Position numbers and translations under genes: made by a program
In this document: positions 10,944 to 23,900 of the stretch, piece by piece
Numbering within the stretch: position 1 is the stretch's first letter
Layout: each line of letters begins with the position of its first letter
Notes under the pieces: generated by a model
Told to the model about the DNA's origin: nothing
What the model saw: only the letters and a program-made list of their open reading frames with translations
Databases searched by the model: none
DNA from: Mobula hypostoma
Lineage: Eukaryota
Direction: 5' to 3'
DNA length: 64,000 bases
NCBI RefSeq assembly: GCF_963921235.1
Contig: NC_086097.1
Coordinates: 41,604,001-41,668,000, forward strand

Positions 10944-13610
10944 CCTTATTATGGCAGAGGCTATGAAAAGATTCATCAGGCATTGCACAAAGAATGAGTC
11001 TTTATACATGGACCTTCAAAAATAATTACCAAAGATTCATCAGCTGACTGCAGATTCTGACAGTACAATTGGTGATTAAAAAAGCATCATGGGAGTGAGA
11101 AGGATGCCAGATTTGGGAAAAAAAACGTACAAAATATTCCTATGAAAAGTAGTCAACCCCAGAAGGAGATTTTGTTATTGTCGTTGTTGCTTTGGATGGA
11201 TTTGAAAATACAACTGCATCTTGATTGGCTCTGAGTGAGCTTAGAAAATTTGTCAAAGCACAAATATTTAGCTGCTTTATTACAGCTGAATGGAGATGCT
11301 TGTCAACAAGAGGCAAAAGGGATGGCCGACAGAGAAGAAAGTCGTACTGGAAACAGGGTAAATGAAGTGCTGACAATTACTCCCCATGAGAAATTTTCAG
11401 CAAAGCATTAGAAAACTGTGGGGTTTCGTCCTCAGCTGCTCTTTCTGCTGTGAATACATGATTTCACGATTGTCCATAGCAAGTGTTTAATTTCTTTCCT
11501 GTCCCTCCACTGTCAAATTTGCTGTGCTTTATTACATGTTTGGTCTCTCTGCATGCATTTCTGCCCATTGTATGTGAACTGGGCACAAACAGTACATGGG
11601 CTAAATAGGATTTTGCTTGTGGCCATAAGAACACAACTGGTCATCTGTCTGAAGTGAAGAAACCAAACCACCTTCTGTTCATAACATGCCATAAAACCAA
11701 GTGCCTTCAATTTGAAAAAATATATAAAAATTGCCTGAATCATTTAAATAGAAAATACTTTGCACTGCTAACTTTGGAGTGTGTGTAAAACCTTTTGTAT
11801 ATATGTTGCAGCCGATTCCTACAATTAACAGGCAAAGCAAGCAGCCACTGTATGGTTCCTCCAAGCAGAGACTCGAGTTACGATCAATGTCGTTTGGCAA
11901 GGCATTCTTTAAAGCCAGCAAGGTGGTCGCAGCCTGTGAGCATGTGATTCTGTGGAAAAAAATAAATTCCACCACGTTGGCTGATATTGGGAGCATCACT
12001 TTGTACAGATATTGAGTGCAAACACAATGACCAGAGCAAAGATCTCTAAAGGTGTGCATAGCCCAGAGGATTCAAACAGATGATAGATTGTACTTATTTA
12101 CCGTAATCTCCATTCAGATTGAAAAAGTAGGCAAGCAGTGAAGAGCACTGTAGCAACAAAAACACTGCTGAATAACCCTGCAATTTTTTAGGCTTGCAAG
12201 CACCAATTTTTCTTTCGGACTCAAGTCTTGACTGAAGACTACAAGAAGGCTACACCCCATTATCCTGCCCCATTATCCAAATCTGTGCCGATTGTTAAAT
12301 CTTATTTTATTACGTTAGTGGGCATGGAAAGCATTGTGTTGCCTTTTGGAGCTCAAAAAGGACAAGATTACACTGGAGTCACAGGAAAACACATCAGACG
12401 TTAGCCAAGTGGTCTCAAACTGTTCTCCACCATTCCTCATCCTGCTGGTTTTAAACTTCCGTGATCTTTTTGTTTAAATTATTTGATCTTTTAAATTAAT
12501 TCAAGAAATACTTTTTAGTCTAAAATTGCATAATTGTACTCTCTGAAATCCCGAGTATTGACAAAAAGAATTATATGCAAAAATTTGGACTAGAGTTATA
12601 AAAAATTACATTGGAGCATTAATGTGATTACTGAATATTGATATAAAAAGCACAAGATGTAATAAACATTGATGAGGCTTGAACTTTTACTTTAAATTCC
12701 ATGGAAAGTTTGTCCATTTTCAAGACTAATGGCTGCAGAGATGATTTTACATCCATGTTCAATAAACCTCTTTTCAGGTATGGTGTGACTTATTGCATGT
12801 CTGATTGCTATTATGGGAGATTTTAATTAAAACGGGAAGATGAAATTCAACTATTTCCCAAAGCTTGCAGATTCACTATCAATGAGCTGAATTCTGTTGC
12901 TGATTCCTGCAGCCACCTAGTATGTTGCACTTGATGTGAAATTCTTCTAATTAGCTCTCCAAACCTATTTTGTATTAATGAGTTTTTTTAATCTCATCGT
13001 TTTATCCAATGTGAAGTGACAGATTTCTTGCAGTCATGAATCCAGCTGTGCACATGACCCTTTTCTATCATTTCCATTTGCTGTTTTTTTTGACTAAAAA
13101 GAATATTCAGTTTACAAAGTTTGTCAGTTCATTTGAAATAATAGTGTTCTTCTTATTGAATAATTGAATAGCCAGTGCTGGTCTCCTGTACTTAGAAAGC
13201 AAATAGTGTTAGAGAAAGAACATTTTCTTTTATCTTTCTATCATAAATCTGGGTCACAACGAATATCTTTATCAGTGTGTTTTACGTCAAAATTTACATC
13301 TTATTTTTTGTTCTTTAGCCGGAATTAGTCACAAAAGCAGCTAATGATAAAAATGATAGCTGAAGCATTGACCATGGATTTTTTGTACAGTCTTTTAAAC
13401 CCCAGTTGGCGTGGACCAGTAGTCACATTGAAATTGCAGTTATCACTTTTCTCAGGCCATTTATACATCTATATTAAAAATTGTAAAGCTCTATAATTGC
13501 ATTGTGTCTTCTTTGACTTATTCTGGGTACTTCCTTCCAATGCCATTGGCAGTGTGATGTTCATGCTCATTGTCAGCAAATCATAGTGGATCATGGAAAA
13601 TCAATAAAAC
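10944..13610 (+). other. MDGA2: Putative MDGA2 3'UTR
   Basis: AT-rich, with no recognisable TE, directly after the stop. AATAAA at 12661, 12761 and 13603; ATTAAA at 13473 with a downstream GT-rich tract. The true end is unknown. Confidence 0.6.
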
Positions 13611-13809
13611 ACGTGCTAATGATCAATGTATTATCAGCTGACTCCTAACTTGAGGGAAGATCCTGCATTGCTTCAGGTGCTCAGTGACTATGAAAAGCTG
13701 ACAGTGGTGCACCTCACCTTTGAACTTTCTAACGTGATAACAAACCACTAAGGGACAATCTTCTGCAACACCTGATATCAATCCAAAGATTGGATGAAGT
13801 AAAAGAACA

Positions 13810-14190
13810 TGGGGATCTTGGAGTACCTATTCACCAATTGAGAAAAGAATGAGGGGAGATTCAAAAGCGGTCTTTAAAAGTATGAAAAGTTTTGCTGGAG
13901 AAGACACCAAATGCTTTCATTTTTGGAGGGAAGAGTGTAGCTAGAGATTGCCAATAAAAATGTCACCAAAGTTCCAAAAGAGAATTCAGAAGAATGTTCC
14001 ATACCCAAAGAGCAACAAGAATGTAGAACGTGGAGACCAAGAGTGGTTGGTTAAAGGGAAGAGAATGGATGGAGGTTGGACGAAAACGATTGAGAAAAGA
14101 ATAGAGGATTCTGCTAATGGATTTAGATGGGAGAAGTTCTGAAGGAAAGGCTCAAGTGGAGCACAAAATACTGATATGTAAAGTGGGTTC
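13810..14190 (+). mobile_element. Very old CR1 3' fragment
   Basis: GGGATCTTGGAGTAC and AGAATGAGGGGAGATT motifs shared with other CR1 copies here. Confidence 0.55.
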
Positions 14191-14414
14191 AGCAGCAAAA
14201 GCTTTCAAGATAAGCTGTAATGAAGCCTAGCTTTTTGATAACTGTCCTAGAATTGTGCTGATAATATTAATGAGTCTCAAATATGGCAATTCCTCCTCAG
14301 CCCGTCAAATCCAACTCACTTCTTATGACACAAGTACCCTCTTTGAGATCACTTCTGGATTATAAGACATATTTGAGGCAAAGTTAATTTTCTTTTATTT
14401 TCCAAAGATGCATT

Positions 14415-14665
14415 AGACCATAAGACATAGGAGCAGAATTATGCAATTTGACCCATCGAGTCTGCTCCAGCATTCCATCATGGTGATTTACTAACCCTCT
14501 CAACCCTATTCTGCCTTCTCCCCATCATCTTTGACACCCTGACTAACCAAGAACCTGTCAACCTGTGCCTTAGATATACCCAATGACTTGGACTACACAG
14601 CCATCTGTGGCAATGAATTCCACAGATTCACCGCCTTCTGGCTAAAGAAATTCTTCCTCACCTCT
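14415..14665 (-). mobile_element. CR1 3' end
   Basis: AGACCATAAGACATAGGAGCAGAATT tail and similarity to 31912-32170. Confidence 0.85.
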
Positions 14666-14784
14666 GGAGAGCTCATTTATTAACTCTGCACATCTCTTAT
14701 TTTAAAAAAAGCTGTTGTCAATGTCCAACTAAAACAAGTACTCAAATCTTAGATAGGAATTTGTCAACTTTGTGGAACAGTATT

Positions 14785-14980
14785 AAGCATAAAGTATGTG
14801 TATGTCACCAAATACTACCCTAAGATTCATTTTTCTTGCAGATAGTCACAGTAGAACAAAGAAATACAATGAAAAACTGCATACAAAGACTGACAAACAA
14901 CCAATGTGCAAATGTAGACAAACAACAAATGCAATAAATAATAAATAAATAAATAAAACACAATAAATAATGCGTATACA
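14785..14980 (-). mobile_element. Rex1/Babar 3'UTR fragment with an (AAAT)n tract
   Basis: Similar to 1100-1310 and 36560-36760. Confidence 0.65.
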
Positions 14981-16259
14981 AGTAATTGGACAGCCAAGCA
15001 CTGATTAAGGATAGTCAGCATGGCTTTGTGCATGGTAGATCATGTTTAACGAATCTTGTAGAGTTTTTTGAGGGGGTTACCAAGAAAATAGATGAAGGAC
15101 AGCCTGTGAATGTTGTCTACATGGACTTTAGTAAGGCCTTTGACAAGGTCCCACATGGGAGGTTAGTTCAGAAGGTTCAGACACTAGGTATCCATGGAGA
15201 AGTTGTAAACTGGATTCGAAATTGGCTGTGTGGGAGAAGACAGAGAGTGGTATTGGATGATTGCTTATCAGACTGGAGGCCTGTGACTAGTGGTGTGCCT
15301 CAAGGATCTGTGCTGGGACTATTGTTGTTTGTTGTCAATATCAATGATCAAGATAATAATGTGGTAAATTGGATCAGCAAGTTTGCTGATGACACTAAGA
15401 TTGGAGGCGTTGTGGACAGCGAGGAAGGCTTTCAAAGCTTGCAGAGGGATCTGGACCAACTGAGAAAATGGGCCAGAAAATGGCAGATGGAATTTAATGC
15501 AGACAAGTGTGAGGCGTTGCATTTTGGAAGGACAGATCAAGGTAGGACATACACAGTAAATGGTAGGGCACTGAGGAGTGCAGAGGAACAAAGAGATCTG
15601 GGAGTTAAGATACATAATTCCCTGAAAGTGACGTCACAGGTAGACAGGGTTGTAAAGAATGCTTTTGGCATCTTGGCATTCATAAATCAAAGTATTGAGT
15701 ACAGGAGTTGGGATGTTATGGGAAGGTTGTATAAGACATTCGTGAGGCCAAATTTGGAATATTGTGTACAGTGCTGGTCACCTAACTATAGGAAGGATAT
15801 CAGTAAGATTGAAAGAGTGCAGAGAAGATTTGCTAGGATGTTGCTGGGTCTTCAGGAGTTGAGTTACAGGGAAAGATTGAACAGGAGGCATGAGGGGAGA
15901 TTTGATAGAGATTTATAAAATTATGAGGGGTATAGACAGAGTAAATGTGAATATGTTCTTTCCACTTAGATTAGGAGAGATAAATATGAGAGGACATTGC
16001 TTTAGGGTGAAAAGAGAAAGGTTTAGGGGGAACTTCTTCACGCAGAGAGTGGTGGGAGTGTGGAACAAGCTGCCATCTGACGTGGTAAATGCGGGCTCAC
16101 TCTTAAGTTTTAAGAATAAGTTGGATAGGTACATGGATGGGAGATGTCTGGAGGGTTATAGACTGGATGCAGGTCAATGGAACTAGCGGAATAATGTTTC
16201 GGCACAGACTAGAAGGGCCGAATGGCCTGTTTCTGTGCTGTAGTGTTCTATGGTTCTAT
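14981..16259 (+). mobile_element. 5'-truncated CR1 LINE (RT domain and 3' end)
   Basis: ORF 14986..15918 has SQHGF, YMDFSKAFDKVPH, SGVPQGSVLG and KFADDTK. It continues in ORF 15890..16186 and ends in a TGTTCTATGGTTCTAT tail. Confidence 0.95.
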
Positions 16260-17959
16260 ACTGAGAATACAAGCTGTCGCATCCTTGAAATTGAGTCAAG
16301 CATTATATTTTTTTTGCTCAATCTTCTTTGACAGAAAGTAAAACATATATATACACTTTGTATTCAAGGTTTGAAGCAGAAGAGGGATAATGGAGACTAG
16401 TTACACTACAAAGTTTGGAAATCATTTCAATTGTTGGATAACTCTGTAAGCATTTCCATTCTCCCTTGTACAGGAGGACATTCTCCCAAGAGCAAGATTT
16501 TGCTGCTTTACTTGTTTTGCACAAGTGGGATAGATCCTCATATATTGTAGCCAAGCCTGTAGTTAACATAGCCACTAGCATGAAAAGGGATACCTAGAGG
16601 CATTTCTAGTTACTTAAATGTTATTACAATTTTACGTCTCAGAAATTAGTATTCAGAATTAAAATTTGCATGTTATGACCAACAATAAATGTAACATTTA
16701 AAAGCTGTGTAGGTCCTAATAATCTCTCATTTGGCTTCAAATACTTAACCAAGATATTCAAAACTTAATCTTTAAAAAAATCAGATTATTTGATTTACTT
16801 AATTCATTGGTTATAAAATTACATAGGATTTTTTAAAAATCATTGTATTTCTTATTGAATATTGACGTGTGACCAAGACCACAGACTGCTACTTACATCC
16901 ACATGTTGAAAAGTAGACAGTTGTGCAGTATTTCCATTCGCCCTTTGTAACTAATAGCTCATTTTTCTACATTTGTAATTCTGTCTTGTTACACATTCAA
17001 ATGGCAATATAATGTTGCATAAATTATTTTTCAACCATTGCATCAATTATGGATGTTTATACTGTCAAATCTTTGCCTCAAATGCAGCAATTAACAGTGT
17101 CAACAATATTTTCTTCCATTTTCTGTAATTATCAGGTTTAATTTTGTCCACTAATTAGGAATGCCCTTGAGATGAGAAGTTATCTGTAAAGGAACTGTAG
17201 TCATTGTGATAAGCCACTGTGAGAGTGTTTCCATTATTACCTGAAGATAAACTGCATTCAGTACAAATAATGACTATTTAGTGCTCTGCCATAGTTTGAT
17301 GGACACTAGTTTGCAGACGTGGTGGAAAGAAACAGCATATAAAGGACTCCAGGACTTTATATACAGAAGTCCTTGGAAGTCTCTTCTGTTACAGATTGCA
17401 TATCGTTGGGGAAGTAACCAGGAACCATTGTGTGGAACAATTCCCCAAAGTGGTCATTGCCTTTCTGTCAACATAGACTGATCATTGATAGACAGTGAGT
17501 GTGGTCGTGTATTTATTTCTTCCAACCTAAACAGAACACACTTTCTTATTTTGAAAATTGCCTGAACTACAATTAAATCTATGAAGCACATTTCCATGGG
17601 GTTAATAAAACCAACTTTACAACATTTAGCATCTTATTCCTACTACTTTCTCCTCAATTTCTTGCTAAGAATTTAAATTTTCCAAGCAGAGAATACAGTG
17701 CTGGTGGTCCGTAGGATACTCAACTAGAGTTCTCAGTTCATGTGTGGTGTTGTTAAGCAGGGAATAGTTTCCAAAATGCTCTGCCTGATAAACATGCTAC
17801 ATTCATTTCATTTGTTGTTATGATGTATGATGTCACCATTTAGCCCGATGCTGGCTCTCAGAGCAATCCTATTGTGCCACTTGTTTCTTTGCAAATTATT
17901 CTCACATATGTGCCCATCAAATCTAGTTTTGGATTCTCCTACCACTGACCCACACTTTA

Positions 17960-19000
17960 GTGCAGCATTTGAAAAGGTAGCTCATGGGAGGTTCACCCAA
18001 AAGATTAAAATGTGTGGGATCCACCGTGACTTGGCCTTCTGGATTTGGAATGGTCTCGCCATAGAAGGAAAATGCTAGTGTTCTAGCTGGAAGTCTGTAA
18101 TTAGTGCTGTTCTGCAGGTATGTCTACTGGGGCTTCTGCTGTTCGTAATATACAACTTGGATGCAAATGTGGATCGGTAACTTAGTAAGTTTACAGACAA
18201 TACTAAGATTGGTGGTATTGTGGACAGTGTAGAAGATTGACAAAAGATACAGTAGGATGTAGATCTGTTGAAGAAACATGCAGAAGGTAAACGGACTTTA
18301 ATCCAGCCAAGTGTGAGGTGTTGCAGTCGGGAGATTAAATGTAAAAGGATGGCACACAGTTAATGGCAGGACCCTTAAGAGTGTTGACTTACAGAAGGAT
18401 TTAGAGATTCAAACCTTTCTGAAAGTGTCTGCTTGTGTTAATTGCTTTATAAAGGATTATTGCATGCTTGTCTTTATTAATTGAGGAATTGAGTTCAAGA
18501 ATCAGGAGGTTATGTTGAAGCTTTATAAATATCTGGTCAGGTCACATCTGGAGTATGGCATTCATTTCTGGTCACCACCCATAATAGGACAGATGTGAAG
18601 ACTTTCGCATCAGTGGTTTAGCAGGACGGTGCCTGGATTAGAGGGCATATGCTAATAGAAATTCAGAAGATTATGGGAGGTGGCAGAGTGGAATTGTCTA
18701 ATAATGGCAGGCATTAAACGCAAGGGGGTAAGTTAAAACAGATATATGCAGGGCAAGATTTTTGTTAACACTGAGACTAGTGGGTGTTTTGAACATGCTG
18801 CTGAAGCAGTAGTGGAGGCAAATATGGTTGAGGCATTTAAGAGGCTCTTAAAGTGGCAGATTAATATGCAGAGAATGGAGGATATGGATATTGTGTAGGC
18901 AGAAGGGTTAGTTGAATTTGACATTTAATTACTAGTTTATGTGGTTCAACACAACATCACAGATCGAGGGGCCTGTTCCTGTGCTGGTTTGTTCTATGTT
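17960..19000 (+). mobile_element. Decayed CR1 3' portion
   Basis: AFEKVAHGRFTQKIKMCGI, a KFTDNTKIGG-like stretch and a GTTCTATGTT tail. Confidence 0.8.
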
Positions 19001-19324
19001 TTTTTGAATCCTGCATGCATGAATATGATTGTAGTTTCTTTTTTAAGTTTTAGACCCAATCAACTCAATTACTACTCATTGGGAAAGGCCTCAAACATGA
19101 GTCAACCAAGGAATTTACATTGCCATGCTTCAAAGTGTCCACCTTCCTATAGATATTAAGATTAGAAATGCACACCAAAGTCTTGTGCGTTCACATCGTC
19201 TCCCTGTCTCTCGACTCCAACACCTTAGTAATGAAGGGCGGTATATCACAGTCCTAACTACCTGCTGTATTAGCACATTTGCTGAGGTACTTCCCCATAC
19301 ATGGTATGCTATGTGGAGTATTCA

Positions 19325-19845
19325 TTAGAACATTGCACAGTATGGGTCATTTGGCCCACTGTGATGTGCCAACCTATGTAACTCTACTTCACAATCAATC
19401 TAACCCTTCCCTCATGACTCATGGTTTTTCATGCATGCATGTGCCTAACTGTGAGTCCCGTAAATATCCCTAAATGTATCAGCCTATACCACCACCTCCA
19501 GCAGTACATACCAGGCACCAATCAATCTGTGTAAAGTAAACTTACCTCCAACATCTCCCCTAAACTTTCCTGCACTCACTTTCAATGGATGTCCCCTGGT
19601 ATTGGCCATTGCTGTTTGCCTGCTCAGTCTATGCATGGAATAACCTTATCACATCACCTCCTTAGCTCCAAAGAGCAAAGACTGAGCACTGTCATGTTTT
19701 CTCATAAGACACGTTCTCTAATCCAGGCAGAATATGCTCCATTTACTACCACCCTCTGCCATTCAAAACTCCCAATGCATCCCAGATTCCAACCACATAC
19801 GCTGGGTAAAAAAACTCTTCCTCAGATCAACCCTCTCAACCCATG
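19325..19845 (-). mobile_element. Decayed CR1 3' fragments
   Basis: Antisense CR1 3'-end motifs (TAATCCAGGCA, AAACTTACCTC..ACATCTCCCCTAAAC). Confidence 0.6.
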
Positions 19846-19881
19846 AAGGAGGAAGAGAGGAAAATTGATAGAAGTGTATAC

Positions 19882-20115
19882 CATAAGACCATAAGACAAA
19901 GGAGCAGAAGTCGGCCATTCAGCCCATCGAGTCTGCTCTGCCACTTTATCATGAGCTGATCCATTCTCTCATTTAGTCCCACTCCCCCGCCTTCTCACCA
20001 TAAGCTTTGATGCCCTGGCTACTCAGATACCTATCAATCTCTGCCTTAAATACACCCAATGACTTGGCCTCCACTGCCGCCCGTGGCAACAAATTCCACA
20101 GATTCACCACCCTCT
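19882..20115 (-). mobile_element. Young CR1 3' end inserted in an older + strand CR1 fragment (about 19845-20340)
   Basis: About 95% identical by eye to 31919-32148. TATAC duplicated at 19877-19881 and 20116-20120. Confidence 0.9.
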
Positions 20116-20339
20116 TATACGATTATAAGAGGCATAGATGATGTGGACAGCCAGTGCCTTTATCCCAGGGTGGCAATGACTCATACCAGAAAGCATCATT
20201 GTAAGATGAGTGGAGGAAAGTTTAGAGGAAATGTCAGAAGTATAGTAGATTTCTTTCCTTCTTACACAGGGAGTGGTGAATACCTGGAAAGGTTTACCAG
20301 GAGTGCTGGTACAGGATGGTGTTAATGATAGATACATGC

Positions 20340-20920
20340 ATGAGGTAGCGTTATAGCTATATAAGACCTTGGTCAGACCCCACTTGGAGAACTGTGTTCA
20401 GTTCTGGTCACCTCATTACAGGAAGGATGTGGATACTATAGAGAGAGTGCAGAGGAGATTTACAAGGATGCTGCCTGGATTGGAGAGCGTGCCTTATGAG
20501 AATAGGTTGAGTGAACTTGGCCTTTTCTCCTTGGAGCGACGGAGAATGAAAGGTGACCTGATAGAGGTGTATAAGATGATGAGAGGCATTGATTGTGTGG
20601 ATAGCCAGAGGCTTTTTCCCAGGGCTGAAATGGCTAACATGAGGAGGCGAAGAGTTTTAAAGTGCTTGGAAGTAGTACAGAGGGGATATCAGGAGTTAGT
20701 TTTTGACACAGAGAGTGGTGGATGTGTGGAAAGCACTACCAGTGGTGGTGGTGGAGGAGAATACAATAGGGTCTTTTAAGAAACTCTTAGGTACACCGAG
20801 CTTAGAAAAGTAGAGGGCTATGTAGTAGAGTAATTCAGGCAGTTTCTAGAATAGGTTACATGGTTGGCACAACATTATGGGCTGAAGGGCCTGTAATGTG
20901 CTGTAGATTTCTATATTCTA
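20340..20920 (+). mobile_element. CR1 3' fragment
   Basis: ORF 20369..20779 (VRPHLENCVQFWSPHYRKDVDTIERVQRRFTRMLPGL) and a TTCTATATTCTA tail. Confidence 0.9.
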
Positions 20921-20959
20921 GGAAAGAAAAATGATGGACAATGGGCTATGGGTTATTTC

Positions 20960-23900
20960 TTCAGCAGTTTGATCAGGACATGACTGCGCATGCACGTGGA
21001 CGTCAGCCAGTGAGAACAGCGAGAAGAGTTTAAAAAGAAGACAGTTTTATAGAGCAGGCATCAGAGGAACGGGCTTTGGAGTAAAGGGAGACAGAGTAGG
21101 AAGGCCTTGGCTCAACAGGGCTTCGCAATAACGGATTGAGGGGAGGTAGGTTGCCTGTGTACAATACAAACAGGAAGAATGTGTGTGAAGCTGGTGTTCT
21201 GTGCTCGGTGTCAGATGTGGGAAGTCCTGGAGACTCCCAGCCTCCCAGACGACCACATCTGTGCCAGGTGCATTGAGCTGCAGCTCCATAGGAACCAGGT
21301 TAGGGAGTTGGAGATGCAGCTCGATGACCTATGTCTGGTCAGGGAAAGTGAGGAGGTGATAGATGGGAGTTATAGGCAGGTAGTCACACCGGGGCCTCGG
21401 GAGACAGTTAAGTGGGTAACAGTCAGGAGAGGGAAGGCAGGAGTCAGATACTAGAGAATACCCCTGTGGCTGTCCCTCTTAAAAAAAAAGTACTCCTGTT
21501 TGAGTACTGTTGGGGGAGACTGACTACCTGGGGGCAGCAACAGCGGCCACTCCTCCGGCACAGAGTCTGGCCCTGTGGCTCAGAAAAGTAGGGAAAGGAA
21601 GAGGATGGCAGCAGTGATAGGGGACTCTATAGTTAGGGGGTCAGACAGGCGATTCTGTGGACGCAGGAAAGAAATACGGATGGTGCTTTGCCTCGCAGGT
21701 GCCAAGGTTGGGGATATTTCTGATCACGTCCACGATATCCTGAAGTGGGAAGGTGAACAGCCAGAGGTTGTGGTATATATTGGTACCAGTAACATAGGTA
21801 GGAAAAGGGAGGAGGTCCTGAAAATGGACTACAAGGAGTTAGGAAGGAAGTTGAGATTCAGGTCTACAAAGGTAGTAATCTTGGGATTACGGCCCATGCC
21901 ACGTGACAGTGAGTATAGGAATAGAGTGTGGTGGAGGATAAATGCGTGGCTGAGGAATTGGAACAGAGGTCAGGGGTTCAGATTTCTGGATCATTGGGAC
22001 CTCTTTTGGGACAGGCGTGACCTGTACAAAAAGGACAGGTTGCACTTGAATCCCAAGGGGACCAATATCCTGGCAGGGAGGTTTGCAAAGGCTATTGGGG
22101 CGAGTTTAAACTAGATTTGTTGGGGGGGTGGGAACTGAACTGAAGTGATGGAGGAAAAGGCGGTTGGCTTACAAATAGAGAAAGCTTGGAGACAGTGTGA
22201 GAGAGAGGATAGGCAGGTAATGGAGAAGGGACGCGCCAGACTGATGGTTCGAGATGTGTCTATTTTAATTCGAGCATTATGAACAAAGCAGATGAGCTTA
22301 GAGCATGGATCAGTACTTGGAGCTATGATGTTGTGGCCATTACAGAGACTTGGATAGTTCAGGGGCAGGAATGGTTTCTTCAAGTGCCAGGCTTTAGATG
22401 TTTCAGAAAGGACAGGGAGGGAGGCAAAGGAGGTAAGGGAATGGCACTGCTGATCAGAGATAATGACACAGCTGCATAAAAGGAGGAAGTCATGGAGGGA
22501 TTGTCTACAGAGTCTCTGTGGGTGGAAGTTAGGAACAGGAAGGGGTCAATAAATCTACTGAGTATTTTTCATAGATCAGCCAATAGTAACAGGGACATCA
22601 AGGAGCAGATAGGGAGTCAATTTCTGGAAAGTGTAATAATAACAGGGTTGTTGTGGTGGGAGATTTTAATTTTTCAAATATCGATTGACATTTCCCTAGA
22701 GCAAGGGGTTTAGATGGGGTGGAATTTGTTAGGTGTGTTCAGGAAGTTTTCCTGATACAATATGTAGATAATCCTGTAAGAGGAGAGGCTGTACTTGATC
22801 TGGTATTGGAAAATGAACCAGGTTAGTTGTCAGGTCTCTCAGTGGGAGAGCATTTTGGAGATAGTGATCACAATTCTATTTCCTTTACCATTGCTTTGGA
22901 GAGGGTTAAGAACAGACAAGTTAAGAAAGCATTTAATTGGAGTAAGGGGAAATACGAAGCTATCAGGCAGGAACTTGGAAGCATAAATTGAAAACAGATT
23001 TTCTCAAGGAAATATACAGAAGAAATGTGGCAAATACTCAGGGGATATTTGCATGGGGTTCTGAATAGATACATTCCAATGAGAAGGATGGTAGGGTACA
23101 GTAACAGTGGTGTACAAAGGCTGTTGTAAATCCAGTCAAGAAGAAAAGAAGAGCTTACGAAAGGTTCAAAAATCTAGGTAATGATAGAGATCTAGAAGGT
23201 TATAAGGCTAGCAGGAAGGAGCTTAAGAATGAAATTAGAAGAGCCAGAAGGGGCCATAAGAAAGCCTTGGTGGATAGGATTAAGGAAAACCCAAGGCATT
23301 CTACAAGCATTGTGAAGAGCAAGAGGATAAGACATGAGAGGATAGGACTAATCAAGTGTGACAGTGGAAAAGTGTGTATGGAACCGGAGGAAATAGCAGA
23401 GGTACTTAATGAGTACTTTGCTTCAGTATTCACTATGGAAAAGGATCTTGATGATTGTAGGGATGACTTACAGTGGACTGAAAAGCTTGAGCATGTAGAT
23501 ATTAAGAAAGAGGATGTGCAAGAGCTTTGGGAAAGTATCAAGTTGGGTAAGTCACCGAGACCAAAGGAGATGTACCCTAGGTTACTGTGGGAGGTGAGGG
23601 AGGAGATTGCTGAGCCTCTGGCAATGATCTTTACATCATCAATGGGGACGAGAGAGGTTTCAGAGGATTGGAGGGTTGCAGATGTCGGTCCCTTATTCAA
23701 GAAAGGGAGTAGAGATAGCCCAGGAAATTATAGACCAGTTGAGTCTTACGTCAGTGGTTGGTAAGTTGATGGAAAAGATCCTGAGAGGCAAGATTTAGGA
23801 ACATTTGGAGAGGCACAATATGATTAGGAATAGTCAGCATGGCTTTGACAAAGGCACGTCGTGCCTTATGAGCCTAATTGAATTTTTTGAGGATGTGATT

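Noticed and set aside
11679..12059. 126-aa and 78-aa ORFs in the TE-free region
   Set aside because: They lie in the putative 3'UTR, with no recognisable homology or splice structure.
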